Shown here piece by piece: positions 43,001 through 50,300 of a stretch of 64,000 nucleotides of DNA. A program made the translations under genes and the position numbers. Numbering within the stretch: position 1 is the stretch's first letter; every line of letters begins with the position of its first letter. The notes under the pieces are model-generated. The model saw nothing but the letters and a program-made list of their open reading frames with translations, ran no database searches and was not told the origin of the DNA. The stretch comes from an uncultured virus (IMG/VR IMGVR_UViG_3300028557_000030) (Duplodnaviria; Heunggongvirae; Uroviricota; Caudoviricetes), in IMG/VR virus record IMGVR_UViG_3300028557_000030; one strand, given 5' to 3'.

Positions 43001-43337
43001 TTGTAAACAATCTGTCATTGTTTTCAGTTATTCCACCTTCCATCTTGAGAGCATCGATGATTCCAGGATAAGTGATGAAATCTGTAGCAGCAGATTCGTT
43101 TGGTTTAGTAAAGACAACACTAGGATCTAGCTGATAGTCTGCGCGAGTTTTAGTAGGTTCAGTGACGTATGCATCTGTTGCATTGACACCGGTTCCAAAT
43201 GTACTACCAACATAGCCCTGGATGTTTGCTACACTCGGTGGATTTACGAGTTGATCCAGGGTTGCTGCCAAAAACTGTGCGTTGGGAGGGGTTTGAAAAA
43301 CCTCTGGAAGAAAATTAAGTGTTCTTACTCTAGCCAT
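25065..43337 (-). CDS. giant (6090 aa) virion structural protein, baseplate-associated
   Basis: Single 18.3-kb ORF directly after the gp6-like gene. About 15 copies of a GxPxxFxG...GxxYY(V/I)...FT(I/V)S module; FG-GAP/propeller-like GAP...GAVY repeats; YVNETKPYHVVIK motif; ATAAATA at 43343-43349. Confidence 0.75.
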   Translation of the reverse strand: MARVRTLNFLPEVFQTPPNAQFLAATLDQLVNPPSVANIQGYVGSTFGTGVNATDAYVTEPTKTRADYQLDPSVVFTKPNESAATDFITYPGIIDALKMEGGITENNDRLFTSQFYSWDSFTNLDALINFNQYYWLPEGPPSVQVAASTVFSREAFVVTDNTNTYSIVREGSTRSNTNPAITLLRGGTYTFEVDQTSPFWIQGAPGVSGNSPTQPNQSVRDVYGVTNNGATSGLVTFEVPQRNAQDEYIFPTTVNTDVISTSSFDDINGQFVNSFEGIDGITSLLGLRVAFYNTPQPIAYISSYFDEVEYDTNAPDLVAPITLTVDSCDPSAFTLASGSTSGLIVGGTLTFTGASFGGINIGQVYFIQSIPNSTSFTISTALNGDPITLTAASGTMTVNVNQGLYEDGFNVNVGNTFFVVTYIGDPNDPIIRLIPDGAIPSDTRILPVYGTEWNNRPFYLNDSNNLELIPYISAPLDVLYYQDGTNPNKVGIIRLIEDNLNNTINVDTQILGRTNYTSPNGVVFTNGLKVSFNGDVIPTSYLTGEYYVQGVGTSIDLVPVETLVVPEDFSEGEYNAWDILDWDIGNWDISLDIPVQADYITIARNSINKNAWARSNRWFHIDVITATATYNDDPTIVTTYANISHKAARPIIEFYPNLKLFNSGAVGKDPVDFIDTTNTDALSTVPGSLAYYPDIEVYSTTNAATVTSVSGSPINDESFVAGRYYEIAVLGTTNWNTVAGTTGVTYAVGNVVLCVSPGTGTGTAYQVSTTVTVPVSSITGTLAQYMFVGDQKNYLPTNSQINSLSSDGTNYTLVVTWPVAIAVTGGTTTLVASDTTVNNYSLFPGARVIFAADNDVNVRNKIYVSNFSVVAPSTQPVITLIVAEDGIVAPDTQTVVTRGFANAGLSYWFDGIDWMQSQQKTQLNQAPEFDILDGNGISFSDPVVYPSTTFTGCKLFNYTLGSGAKDPVLGFPIRYSSVSNLGDVSFDVSLNSDTFSYVYGGNPFNQKVNTGYVYNITSDVSYTRLLGWETAIAPSQQYQIFNFDFSLTAPAYIFKCDIAALPALQPDETGWPRVKVYINNVYQEPSDYSVEIGTNTTTIQLFTQIDENTLVQVLLLSDQVSKVGYYQVPLNLSNNPLNTDITTVNTGDIRTQYQDIFINAPNTTGTIFGSNNFRDCGNLNPYGTKIIQNSASLVLPGTFLRNPQYNLFNALQFNSREYVKYKQLLVDTVQKTPYEQRYTPAEILDEALDQITAAKSEINAFFWSDMLPNKSSYISNSYIFNNDLDRSQYPLSHVYNFETANYNGVLVYISRAVDNIIVEKQLLIGTEYVVSTDSPTLTITIPMQDGDIVTIREYNQTYGSYVPNTPTKLGIYPKYIPQVILDSNYLIPTYFILGHDGSYTKLYGDYIPQADILVDFRDQALLEFEKRVYNNLKLSTETPITRYEVVPGFFRDPTYSWDEFLRIYSTQFLNWIGQNRIDYKTQYFSRVNEFTYNYTNSTSKLDNSPILQGYWRGVYEYYYDTTTPDTTPWEMLGFTIMPTWWTARYGPAPYTSDNGILWDDLEQGLIWNNGAPYINPLVARPGLTTIIPVNSNGDLLSPFKVIVSNYNPSTFNKDWVVGDDGPAELSYRRSSTFPFDLARIFALTRPAEFYNLCVDLDNYKYNAEFNQYLFNDRSHLVPSNIEVYGNGTPKTSYINWIVDYEKQQGIDATTEITTTLDNLDVRLVYRLAGYSDKSMLQFYVEKPTPSSTNASLLIPDESYSILLYDNQPFDRLLFSGVIIQQNQDYWTVYGNSQNIAYFEILDPAFNGNFTTLSLEKQTVQVAVNYTTDISFVPYGTKFYTPQDVAQFLLSYGKYLESKGMMFNDVQNGIPITWTQMVYEFLYWIQTGWSNGSVITLNPAATTLDVNQPSALVQPLTIQQQNFVLNQNLYPIRLNDLCVNRDDTLFHMHTLNSGDTMAYAQFNFSNFEHGIVFDNTTLFNDIIYNLTTGLRQNRIYVRGQKTAEWNGTVNAWGFIVNQSDIQEFNSFIKYTKNEIVRYKNKYWTSLTIIEPSNVFDETKWKRINYSDIQQGMFANPSTRAYESTLYYNAEKANLEKDADLLAFSLIGYRPRDYLALIDLTSTAQVQVYKNLIKNKGTLNALSAFKGANLPQGGIQYDIYENWAIKSGEYGGVLNENFVEFRINQTSMTGDPAIVSLTNGESTEGAMQEIPLSNLFNYGTAISSPNILSTTTPYATQGLYPSAGYVNFNDVKMSTYFYAGLPTATNINGTIIPIQNFYVGEYLWMANFKEKWGVFRWKTIGQVTQVRNNQNQTATVTFSAPHELQRLDPMAIINFAANIDGYYIVTDIVNMNEVIINLSVVGANQSSVQGRGLGFAFESQRVATPSEIEALDLTENEFIKNTVWVDENNDGGWAVYRKSINYQYEAQFQIPQSSTYGSAVAYTDQAGYLIGDAGSNVVYRYSYDPMSNTSQLYQTVTPYSPAVSSGFGSSIAYAQNVYAIAANDPTSGTNKTYVYVINDSIVSKYMLEYQPPISGSVNDIAMSDDANWMYLGIPDSGVVSVYRRDNILINAGYLTVGETYTITTLGDTDWVAAGAIDNKVGISFIASNSGSALLSGGVVFGTATQTTYKLATTIDCTALGLTSASAFGQSVATNYDGSVLTVGAPKVILNSSIDNWGAAYIYQRAEQNFETQSTSILYQPQTFQLAWTPTDTKQVLSSVSVTSNYLTVNSASGLYEGMPVMFTGTGFSTSGISPYITYYIQDIVGSTIALKNSRSTNTPITLTNSTVSCTMYPQDSQLYVSVNGTVVQDDNYAVGENTFYYTGALRVGDIVNVSGNEFFMVQEVNSDYTERSDIYYGTSVETTRYGSDVLVGSPYEIDTEGREGAVYSYINGGAKYGVVIGTSPCNLLGTRTLLINGYAAFLPAGNATTVANAINNSRITNVRAIATADNKIIIQLVDNNLAGVDDKLVLSVFNNSVLNELGIQLYTNTQTIKCPYGFGPTEFGYNVKANHTNSIVVSAPVGTRYTGTFFDFTDDENLNNDTVFDNNATRFVDSYPNAGAVYMFEYLSNNNESVSSPGSWTYAQSVNDINTDYGFNPQYGAALDFNSNAVIVGSPNFQPTTIGGEAIVYFNASGVNDWAVYRQSSAVVDINRIQNTQLFGAITNETLVNLDYIDPLQNKILGAARENLDFVTGVDPATYNVSYNTESGPVWGGAHVGRLWFDTSNVRWVNYHQNDVVYNSSYWGEVFPGSDVAVYSWISSFIPPQNYQGPGVPYDVNQYVVNNVINSSNVVVPIYYFWVRNTNVIFSQTGKTLSDSVVQSYIANPRASGISYMAPLLPNTFGIYNSGAYINADDSVFHVGFSNSQSEDTIHNEYSLIRANFQDDFLPGSPNINATHVEGGIHGDIGQQYIYGAPYSLYAKLLDSLAGCTPSGTVVPDPFLPAAVQSGVLVRPSQSFFYERLEAIKNYLTYANDIIINYPIFELREELSFLFTTGEFYNTPDYWSYVDWWAPGYNSGVKPSVQVSVFAELSTLNVAVGTVARVVQNISGRWEVYIQTTAGVWNRIGLQNGTLQFKNDLWNYAAGMLGWDGNFFDTNSFDLYPSEETRSIIRALNEQIYVSDLLIHRNKSLILLFEYIQAETIESQNYLPWLNKTSLADVSHVIRELLPYEVYKTDDQTFLSGYVNETKPYHVVIKDFLFKYTKTDVFEGDVTDFDVPAAYNSTDQQFISPQLVYTIDTSGIYEYNAQDPIWQTNAYSQWFQNFGLSVTGQPGFPITTLNSFLTRSTRYILVDNAHGFPANGVITIGTEQIGYSYVDRSLNIVGGLARGINQTTPVDHIPGEQIFIDLPAVILLDSGRGYTNPPKVTAVIDTTKYPVPRELAVFEAVLGTDSVVQINVVNPGSGYAVLPTLEIEPALTVYFSNTDINSRFNTINIYAPDLRTGDLVRYRAGIGAGAGRLADGQWYYINVLESTTISVIGLYSTYSNAINDQDRIALFDNGTATGMSLNLGAKASIITSSAPIRENIITLKFDRTTYGSKIVDWQADSFYGAYFAGSYYSVDTTASSSGVSLESTHPDINTLLASADGATFEITDVQNQETLTWSSLVRNVEETINEGSGFPDADRYLIRLVLSDSTEPNASGSTIGFYVGMPIKFTGGLAGTGITSGTTYYVAKIINETDFSIEDANGTVIALNSITIEVPVLCYTGQVVDTAIVSVNYPGILTATATSESNNAITVPLTALGTGGTNGFYPGLTVFFTGTDAQFAAFENKIIANEVYYINTIIDQQTFTISEFKNPTFTNVLQNIADTTLVLPITATVTETIGASDIVVLDSNANFNFNDPVIFNTMVIAGSEVSTFGNIVSGTVYYVSEVVDGSPTQIKISETKSGVNFDLSTVAAATDTSAVATNQSNVIPLADATGELTMNVALPVSPGQVNGQQFKFYQTSGQYTDKSGAISNLIETIVYATIAAPVNKVAVESTTNFYTNLPVQFEVATGNLSTGTTYYVLDYSGKSAGGSTLPNLEVQVQQTLSAGNQLICYTGTDTSDLYLNMPITFSGTGLGGLIISDQYFIKSIVNSTTFTVSELPGGTTTTLSDDAGFMVGTGYPYITVSASPGSSPVSLITSTTASALDQVNLTNPTFDISYILGGYRAIIDNGGSGFAINNVITISGTEVDGLSPKNDIIITVSEIDANGVITRVSPAGQPPNLELSYYLKVISATQFEVYENSLMTIPVSGNTFPYEGLTSTTATAASNDRITVGDSSVFDLNDAVVFSGDIFASEIVLGQTYYIKSLPTSTTVTLSAVPAGTTLNISTDTSGSMTMAKPGSFAYLPQPFFFQPSIIRYNNRLYECLVSNNDPEFIFGKWQLVDPGSRNINAMDRVIGYYQPTANMPGVDLTQLFEGVSYPNPIYYGNAFEPSKQFEVDTNLQDQPFDEVLPSTYTVQGADFPYGYAPEELVAGNVRDSIAITVTTRPGTNWDAAEYANVGYSVVSLEIVPESQTQTAYSFDRVVQVPAQVAVQVLSATTGLGTTLSPTEYTVDWVNKTITLDNPISFTPSLETLRIDVYEVGNGDQLVKSSTHNDPIRTNSNTGFNEIYLNCNYSDSIFNGGGVIQPGSFDVVVTAVATSSVTNEITCDDASKFSIGEAITFTGTLFGNIQPNTTYYIKSVSNITESITVSLSYDPITGIAGPTALLTTDTGTMYINLTYGSDVPWTAPYVMHNGTLLVEGRSSQVTGTSASTNAIITNSTAGMTVGMPVTFSDTMFGNVVEPMTRYYVTSIIDSTNFTISTSPSGPNLTLTDATGGAYYITNDFAFGLQPNNIQATLIFATDSYTNDNDYLCYSVFGEGSPITYGYTIPQRQEFVANGTEVSFVLSNFVGEDNPINAVVEIDGVRQNSSAYNISFVTNSVTFFAVPAANSIVSVTSYNKTGRQYLNTQYGISGNIGSAFATFTVGTTTNTSGTWDQDDPDVQSWDQDSPSVVSWDEQESWLSLSSGSTGVLTVNDPIIFDAPTIGGIVAGQTYYVIEILDSTDFVISTTPGGTAFQLTNDSGAMTANANALIVAEITNVNNNITPPLATTLATATDGGTDEITVTSTAGFIAGATVEFRGTAFGGVATDGTVYFVNSVVDGTHFTIEDADGDIVPLSTATGTIEVTVGGQSAVRVTTAIQTGFTTNTLVRIDGVEGSTQLNNNTYYVRVINNYTFDLYNQPYTADLNGVNYPVTTVSNYVSGGFIWRQGSFYLVNTYATATSVTGQITVNSTAGLVYGTPVYFTQSGNQNGDNLMGGLIQGTEYYVRDFIVGGAITVSSTRGGPATALTNDTGYINVTQWQQTNVDRLWVTINGYRVPSSKLKLNDVNEVSILSSINPGDIVIITSMMPSATPDQQVYLNLVDYAGNPAVYSANDETRTWLTRTLGILDTVMYVGDVTSLTQQVVQNVTAPIAVAGYYNIGLDSDKRTLTGVTVYNNTTGQNISNDYISIILVDAAPILKIASGSWIAAGNSLTITSLEGNTVYVNGELIRFSNVDFSANTLSGLERGADGTGAQLIIPEYTDVIGLLGINRMSDIDYNLVWNSYVYNPIDGDPLQISQTVPAEFLNT

Positions 43338-43351
43338 CTATATATTTATCT

Positions 43352-46300
43352 TTATGCAACTTGGAGTTCTGCGGGTGTCAACGCCGCCACAACTACGATA
43401 TCATTTGGTGTAGCTGCGTTTGCGAAAATTTCGTACGGTAAACATTTGATTTCATACAAGTCCCCGAATGGTTTTTGCGGGTCATTGGGAACAAGAACAG
43501 CCGAGCTAATTAAATCGCCGCACTCTGCGTGAAGATACGCACTTAGTTCTGAGAAGTAGAATGTGTCCCCAAAGTCCCAGTTATTGACATTGAAATATTC
43601 GTTCATCGCGGTTAATACAGCACTTCTGATCTCACTGTTGCTTGCATTTGTGCTGCTTGCCTTGATGACCTTAATAGTACCCTGTAATGCAGACGCAGCT
43701 TTAGGACCAAAGAGAGGCTTGAACACGACACTATTTAGAATCACCGAATCTGACAACATTTTATAATCTTGAAGCTGACCGTAGTTTTGACCAAGTTCAG
43801 TCATCGTTGGGCTTTCCGGAAGAGGAATAGTTCCGGTGGTGTCTTGAATATAATTTTGATAGGCAGTATAATACGATTGAGTCACTACATACATATCAAT
43901 GATGTTTGTAGTTGCAGGATCAATTCTGTTCGTATTATTGGAATTGTGTCTATATTGGAAGGACATTCCTTGACGACCTGGCATCATAGAATACTGTGGT
44001 TGCAACGTCATGATATAAAAAGGAGTAAGAACAGTAAGGTCTTGCACCGATGCATAGAATCTATCTTCACCGAATGCATAAAAAACTTGTCCCAAAGGAT
44101 AGTCATACTTCACTACTTCAATTTGATTGAGTGTTGAATATGCATACACGATGTCAGATGACGGAATAACATACTGCCTCGACAAATTGAATGGATCTAT
44201 CACTGTTTCGAAGAACGTATAGATTCCTACATTAGTTCCTAGAGTGACATATCCAGTGATCTCATTAAAGAAGTCTGGGTTTGCGATCAATTGACGATTG
44301 TTAACGTCGGTGGCTGCAACTTCTACTTCAAAGTCGTTGATGTACCCGTCACTCTGTGTAGTCTGACCGACAACATTTATTTTGTAGTCTCTACCTAATG
44401 CTTGCGTTGAGTTGGGATTAGGTTGAGGGTTTACTGAAAGAACGTTAACAAAATCTTGAATGACTTTTCCTGAGAAAGGATCGTAAACGATCTCGTCTCT
44501 GTTAAAAGTGAACCTAGTGTCGGCTACTGATCCAAAGTAGTATGCTAATGAACGGTAAGTGATTGTGTAGGCATTAGTTCCGGTGCACACAAACTTGACA
44601 AAATAATTTTCTCTGTCAGCCCTAGCGACAGACCAGCGTTGTTGATTGATCAACAGTGAATTGTCAAATAGCAGAGTGAAGTCCTGTTGTAGTTCCATTC
44701 TCAACGCACATTCTTGTATAACCTCAGCAGGAATAGAATTATCAAATACAGGAATTACTTGCGCTAGAATCGCATCATTGGGCAAATATCCACTAATCTT
44801 GATAGGCCCTGTTCCGTTGGCGAAGCTACCTTGATTATTGTTACTACCATCACCTGCAACATTCAATATAGTAGTCCAAATGTAGCTAGAGTCACCCGGA
44901 CCCGGAATACCAGATTGCAATCTGTTATTGGCATCAAAATAAAATCCAGATGGTGCAACGAACTTACACAAGGCGCCGGTAGTGACATACTTTAGATTAG
45001 TGGATGCAAAAGTCCCTACAGACTGTGGTGTTTCGAGCGCACCTAGCACGTTATAAAAATAACCTGACTCAGTACTAGTGTCTACTGTACTAGTCTTCCA
45101 ATAGATGACCTGTGATGCAGGTGTAGTCGCTGGATTTGTTACAGTATATCTAGGATAGTTCTGAATGTAATACTGATTAGCCCTGTTCAACGCTAGCACT
45201 GAAGCTAGGGTATTAGTAAAGAACGAAATGATTTCGCTGCTATTATTGATTGTTAGAGTTAAGAACCCCTCTGCATCACTTTGGAACAATGCCCCATCGC
45301 TTCCAAAAGAATTGGTGCTTGAGTACTTGCCGGTAGGGTCAAGTAAATCTAAGTTCTTTGATACACCGATAGAAGAACGGTTAATTGCCTTAGACTTAAT
45401 GATCGAGCTATACAGCGTATATGGGAAATTGTTATAGTCTTCACCGTTAACCATTCTGTTTTGGGTGTAGTAACGTGTTGGTGCTCGTTGCTTAATGTCT
45501 TGTAAAGACTCACGTGCCTGTGCATTGGAAACTGTTAATGTGAGGGTCAGGCCAGCAGTGAGAGTTTGCGGTCTGCCTGTTCTATCAAGATAGGTGAACG
45601 ATATAGTAACACCGTTCATCTCGTTTGGGTCGATGGTGTATGTTAGCGCGTTTCCTGCGCGAACATATGCTCTGAAATTTCCTAGAGGAATTTCAGAGAA
45701 GACGCCATCGCCGAAAATATAAGACACCGTATCATTGAAGCCTGAGTTTACTGAGAAGATTTTTCTTCCTGAAGTTTCAGTTTGCAGATACGCATTAGCA
45801 TAGATGTTGGCAACCTGAGTCCAAAGGGTTCTTGTGTTGTTGCTATTGATCTGATACAACCAAGTGTCTGTGTTGTTGACACCTTCGATATTGCCGATAC
45901 CGATATTTTGATTTGAAATTTGTTGTTGAAGTGAGAAATCGTAATTCTGCAACTGACCTTGCTTGAAGTAGAAGAAGAATCCAGTTTCAGGGGATCCAAA
46001 TCCTAACTTGTCATTACGATACAACATGTTGAATCTGCCAGACGGAGCCGGGGGAATTTCATACACATAGTCTTCACCAATAGTAGATGTACTTACTAGT
46101 TCAAAGTTCATGTTCATGCCGTTAATGACAGATGTGAAGGGGATGATTGGCAAAGATGTAGTAGGAATCTGTAATGCGTATTCGCTAGTCGTGACTCCTA
46201 GAACATCAGTCGTGTTGCCCGGTCTGCCGATTCTCTGTGTGTTGATCAGAGCAGCATTCCAAATGGTATTCATCTGTTCTAGCCAATTAGGGTTAGCAGG

Positions 46301-46738
46301 ATCGTTCCAAAGAACGGTCTGATTACCTAAATTCATACCGTTAATATCAGTGATGTTCTGAGTAGTCTGAAGACTAGTAACCTTTAGGTAGCCTTGACCA
46401 GCTAGGTTGCGCTTTGGAGTGTAAGAGACAAGATTAGCTAGCTTGATAACAGAGTCACGGCGTTCAGCAGTATCAATAAAATTTTCACGGGCATTTAGAT
46501 CATCACGGAACGCAAGACCCTGTCCCATGAACGCAATAACGTCCAACAATGCGATAAATTCTGAGGATTCAGTGTAGTCGTTGAAAGTTTCTGGATAGTA
46601 TAGGCGTAGGTAATCAATGAAAGACTTACGTAAGGTTTCATAATCATAGCTCTGAAAGTCAGCTTGATTGTATGTTTGATATAGGGTCTTCCAGTCATTA
46701 AGACCGAAGAGTGCTGATTGCCTGGAACTTGATGCCAT
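43352..46738 (-). CDS. baseplate wedge protein (T4 gp6-like)
   Basis: DYETLRKSF...FNDYTESS...ENFIDTAERRDSV..LA.LVSYTPKR; FGDGVF; ESLQDIKQRAP...TQNRMVNGEDY. Confidence 0.85.
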   Translation of the reverse strand: MASSSRQSALFGLNDWKTLYQTYNQADFQSYDYETLRKSFIDYLRLYYPETFNDYTESSEFIALLDVIAFMGQGLAFRDDLNARENFIDTAERRDSVIKLANLVSYTPKRNLAGQGYLKVTSLQTTQNITDINGMNLGNQTVLWNDPANPNWLEQMNTIWNAALINTQRIGRPGNTTDVLGVTTSEYALQIPTTSLPIIPFTSVINGMNMNFELVSTSTIGEDYVYEIPPAPSGRFNMLYRNDKLGFGSPETGFFFYFKQGQLQNYDFSLQQQISNQNIGIGNIEGVNNTDTWLYQINSNNTRTLWTQVANIYANAYLQTETSGRKIFSVNSGFNDTVSYIFGDGVFSEIPLGNFRAYVRAGNALTYTIDPNEMNGVTISFTYLDRTGRPQTLTAGLTLTLTVSNAQARESLQDIKQRAPTRYYTQNRMVNGEDYNNFPYTLYSSIIKSKAINRSSIGVSKNLDLLDPTGKYSSTNSFGSDGALFQSDAEGFLTLTINNSSEIISFFTNTLASVLALNRANQYYIQNYPRYTVTNPATTPASQVIYWKTSTVDTSTESGYFYNVLGALETPQSVGTFASTNLKYVTTGALCKFVAPSGFYFDANNRLQSGIPGPGDSSYIWTTILNVAGDGSNNNQGSFANGTGPIKISGYLPNDAILAQVIPVFDNSIPAEVIQECALRMELQQDFTLLFDNSLLINQQRWSVARADRENYFVKFVCTGTNAYTITYRSLAYYFGSVADTRFTFNRDEIVYDPFSGKVIQDFVNVLSVNPQPNPNSTQALGRDYKINVVGQTTQSDGYINDFEVEVAATDVNNRQLIANPDFFNEITGYVTLGTNVGIYTFFETVIDPFNLSRQYVIPSSDIVYAYSTLNQIEVVKYDYPLGQVFYAFGEDRFYASVQDLTVLTPFYIMTLQPQYSMMPGRQGMSFQYRHNSNNTNRIDPATTNIIDMYVVTQSYYTAYQNYIQDTTGTIPLPESPTMTELGQNYGQLQDYKMLSDSVILNSVVFKPLFGPKAASALQGTIKVIKASSTNASNSEIRSAVLTAMNEYFNVNNWDFGDTFYFSELSAYLHAECGDLISSAVLVPNDPQKPFGDLYEIKCLPYEIFANAATPNDIVVVAALTPAELQVA

Positions 46739-46793
46739 AGTTATACTCTCTTGATATGAATATATTTATCATTATCAAAAAAGTGTATTTTGA

Positions 46794-47297
46794 TTATACC
46801 GGAGAAGCAACCGTAGTTTCTTGGTTAAAGAAAATGTTCAACACCGCTGGGTTGTTAAAAGGAACGATAGAACATTGGATTTCTATCAGCATACCATGCT
46901 CTTGTGGGAAGGCTTTAACAAAGTTGAGAGCAAGTCTAGGATCCTGTGATGCGACCCGACGAAGTTCATTTTCTAGCTGAAATTGTACATCTGCTGTATT
47001 TGGTTCAAACAAGAAAGACCAAAGCGATGTTCCTAATTGCGGTTGACCAACTTTGCTTCCAAGCGGGATGTTTAGCGCATTCAAGAAATCTCTGATCACA
47101 AGTTGTTCGTCAGTTAAAGTGAATTTTTTACCAGGAATTAATGAGCTACCAATTCTTCCGTATCCTGTGGGGATACCGTAGCCATTAATGTTGAGACCGT
47201 TAATGCTAACAGACTGGTTCATTGAACTATTAAGTTGCATGTTTGTGCTTCTCGGTAAGCAAGCGTTTTGTGTACTGAATCCGATGTATTGTGGCAT
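46794..47297 (-). CDS. baseplate wedge subunit (gp25-like)
   Basis: LNIPLGSKVGQPQLGTSLWSFLFEP...DPR, the gp25/GPW signature. Confidence 0.8.
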   Translation of the reverse strand: MPQYIGFSTQNACLPRSTNMQLNSSMNQSVSINGLNINGYGIPTGYGRIGSSLIPGKKFTLTDEQLVIRDFLNALNIPLGSKVGQPQLGTSLWSFLFEPNTADVQFQLENELRRVASQDPRLALNFVKAFPQEHGMLIEIQCSIVPFNNPAVLNIFFNQETTVASPV

Positions 47298-47300
47298 AGG

Positions 47301-50300
47301 TTATCCTCCTCTATTTAAACGCGCCCTGGCTCGTTCCAGTGCGACTTCTGTTTCCTCGCGCCGGCGATCAAGGAGAGCGAATTCGGCGTCTCTATTTGCT
47401 CCTCGTGCTGCCCATGCCCTATCAGATGCAGCCCTATATTCTGCGCTGTATATAAAGTCACGATATTTCTGATACGATTCAGCGATCTTGGGGTCTCCCG
47501 GTGGCAATGTTCTATCAAGTCTCTTGTATTCGTCAAGCAAAACTTTGGCTTCCTGCTCTAAGCTGACAAAGGCTGCACGGGCTGCACGGGCTTCTGCTCG
47601 TGTTGTTTGAATACGGTCCTCAAGCGTGGCTATAGTAGTATCTGGAATTGAGCCAACTAAGTTAGGAGTTGGAATACCCGGATCACCCAACGTAGCATTA
47701 ATCTGACTAGTAATAGCTGTTCTGTCCGTTGTATTAAATCCTACAGAAGGAAGTGCGATTGCCCCTGGTGTTCCGCCCGCTAATGCAGCAATAGACGACT
47801 GCAAATGCGCGACTGCACCTACCGGAAGTCCAACAGAAGCCAATGCTGTTAGACCGCCCAATCTGCTTGCAGCGTCCCCTGATGTACCCGACAAACTACC
47901 CAAATTGTCGGCTAGTGAAGATAGTGCTCCTGTTGCCGCAGTTACTGCAGGCAGTCCGTTCATTGCAGCACTTGACGCTGCCCGAATTGCGTCCGATAGC
48001 GGGCCGAGTCCTGGAATGGTATTGATTGCACCTGCTGCTTGATTCATTACATTACTGACAGTGTTTATACCGCCCGGAAGATTACTCAGCCCGCTTGCGA
48101 GGGCAGACGACGTTGCAGCAGAGGCACCGCGTTGAACAGAAACGGCTGCATTAGTTAGAGCAACCGTTCCGCCCGCGGCAGTAGTTGTTCCGGCCCCTGC
48201 TAGTGCGCTGACTGTGTTCACTGCATTTTGCACGCCGCCGGTCGTAGTGTTCAACGCAGAACCGGTGACCGCCCTAGAGACACTGCTTGCAACAGCAGTA
48301 ACGTTGTTGATAGTCGTTGAAACTGCGGTTCCGACCGCTACGGCAGAAGTTATAGCATTGGTGGCAGCGGTGAGACCGCCTGTAATGCTAGTCACGCTAT
48401 TGTTTATTGAGGTAGTAGCATTAGTGGCGCCGCCCACCGAACCTGCAATAGAACTCAATGCGCCGGTCGTGCGAGTGATTGCACCTCCAACTGAATTTAT
48501 TGCAACTGCGGTATTCGTCAACACTCCGGCAGTTCTCGATAATGCACCTGAAACTCTTGTTAATGCACCGCCCGGTGTTCCGGAAGCTCTTCCTGCGATT
48601 GAGCCGGCATCATTTAATAGGTTGCTACCGGCTTGCGTAGTCTGATTGGCGACTTCGGCGGCCGCTGCTGCATTTTCTTTTGCAATCTGTGTTAGATTTT
48701 GTGGCACACCAGCCTTAAACGGTTTGAAAGAATTCTTGATAGCATTAAACGCTGATGCTGCTACACCTTTTGCTTGATCCATTAGTCCAGCCAAGCTAGG
48801 AACATTACCCATCGCAGTTAGTGCGCTTTGAATACCGCCCAGTCCACCGATAGATTCTGCTAATCCTGCTGCTGCTGCGCCTGAACCAATCGCCTCTAGT
48901 GCAGTTCTAATAGAACTCAATGTGTTGTTAGCAGCACCAGACAAGGATCCGGTAAGTGAGTTTGCTGTACCGGCCGAAGAGCCAGACGCACTAACACCAT
49001 CTGATGTTGCACTTGCTTCTCTTCTGGCTTCACCGTTTGCGGTGGCAGCCGGCGGTGCCGAATTAGTCGCACTGATAGCTGTGGACCCCGCGCTGCTTGC
49101 TGTCCTACTTGTTTGCTGTATTGCTGCTACAGTTGGACCCAAACCAACTGTCGCTGCGGCAGTTACCATACCTGTAACTTGCGTTACTGCCTCTGAACCA
49201 GTAATTGCACCGACTTTTCCTAATGCAGTTTGCGCTTGTTGCATTGTGTGTACAACTGACTTAGCTTGTGCAGTTGTGTTCTGTACTAGACTTGTTAGGT
49301 TAGAAGCTCCCGCTGCACCAGTAAACAACGACGCAGGCATCGCTTGAACTATATTTGCTCCTGCTTGCACTAACCCAGTAACAAGTGTGGCTGCTCCCGG
49401 CTTTAGTATGCCGCCGGCTGCTAACTGGGAAGCAGTTTGTGCAAATGCACCCACTGCTGCAACTAGCCCTGTTCCAGTTGATACTACTGCTGCGCCCTGA
49501 TTTACCGCGGATGCTAGCGGGCCTCCGGCTGCGGAAGTTGCAACTGCACCCAACGCTGCTGATGTGGTGTTGTGGTCAACGGTCGCAGAGATTGCCGGTA
49601 CCCCCGCCGGAGCAGAAGCAACTGTAGCTACTGCCGGAGGCGTTGCTCCCGTGTTTGCGGCCGCTGCTGTGGTTGCAGCTACTGCTGGACTAGGTGCGGC
49701 TGGAAGCTGACTTGCAGCGTCTAGATTTGTTTTTGCATCAACACCCTGACCTGCATTAGCCCAAGGGGCGTGTGCCGGAGCACGAGAAACAATAGTGAGC
49801 AGTTTGCCGGGAGCTGCCATAAATCCTCTTCCTTCATCGTACAAGGTGTCAGTCTGTGCAATTAAAGGAATAGGGCTGACTGCATCAGGGGATGTTCCCG
49901 GCGCGCCGCTGTTTAGATTTACTTTGCTTCCATTAACAAATGCTTGTCCTCCTCCGACCAAAGAAGCATCTCCGCCTGCTGCCCATGCAACAGGCCCGCC
50001 TGCTAATCCAGTGAGTTTACCAGTAGCGGCAATATTGAAGTCGCTACCAGCCCTCATCATAGTTTTTTCTTCAGAATTAGTTTGAATATTCTTTGCTTGG
50101 ATGTTAAGATTTTCCATAGCATGAATATTGACGTTTCTGTCGGCATGCAAGTTTAGATCACCCTGTGTTCTAATGTTTACTGAGTTAGTAGAGTACATAT
50201 CAATTGTACCTTCTTTACCTAACTCAATATATGATTGTCCATTAGAGTGGAGTATCATTAAAGTCTGACCATTGTCCGACATTAGGATTTGATGTCCCAA

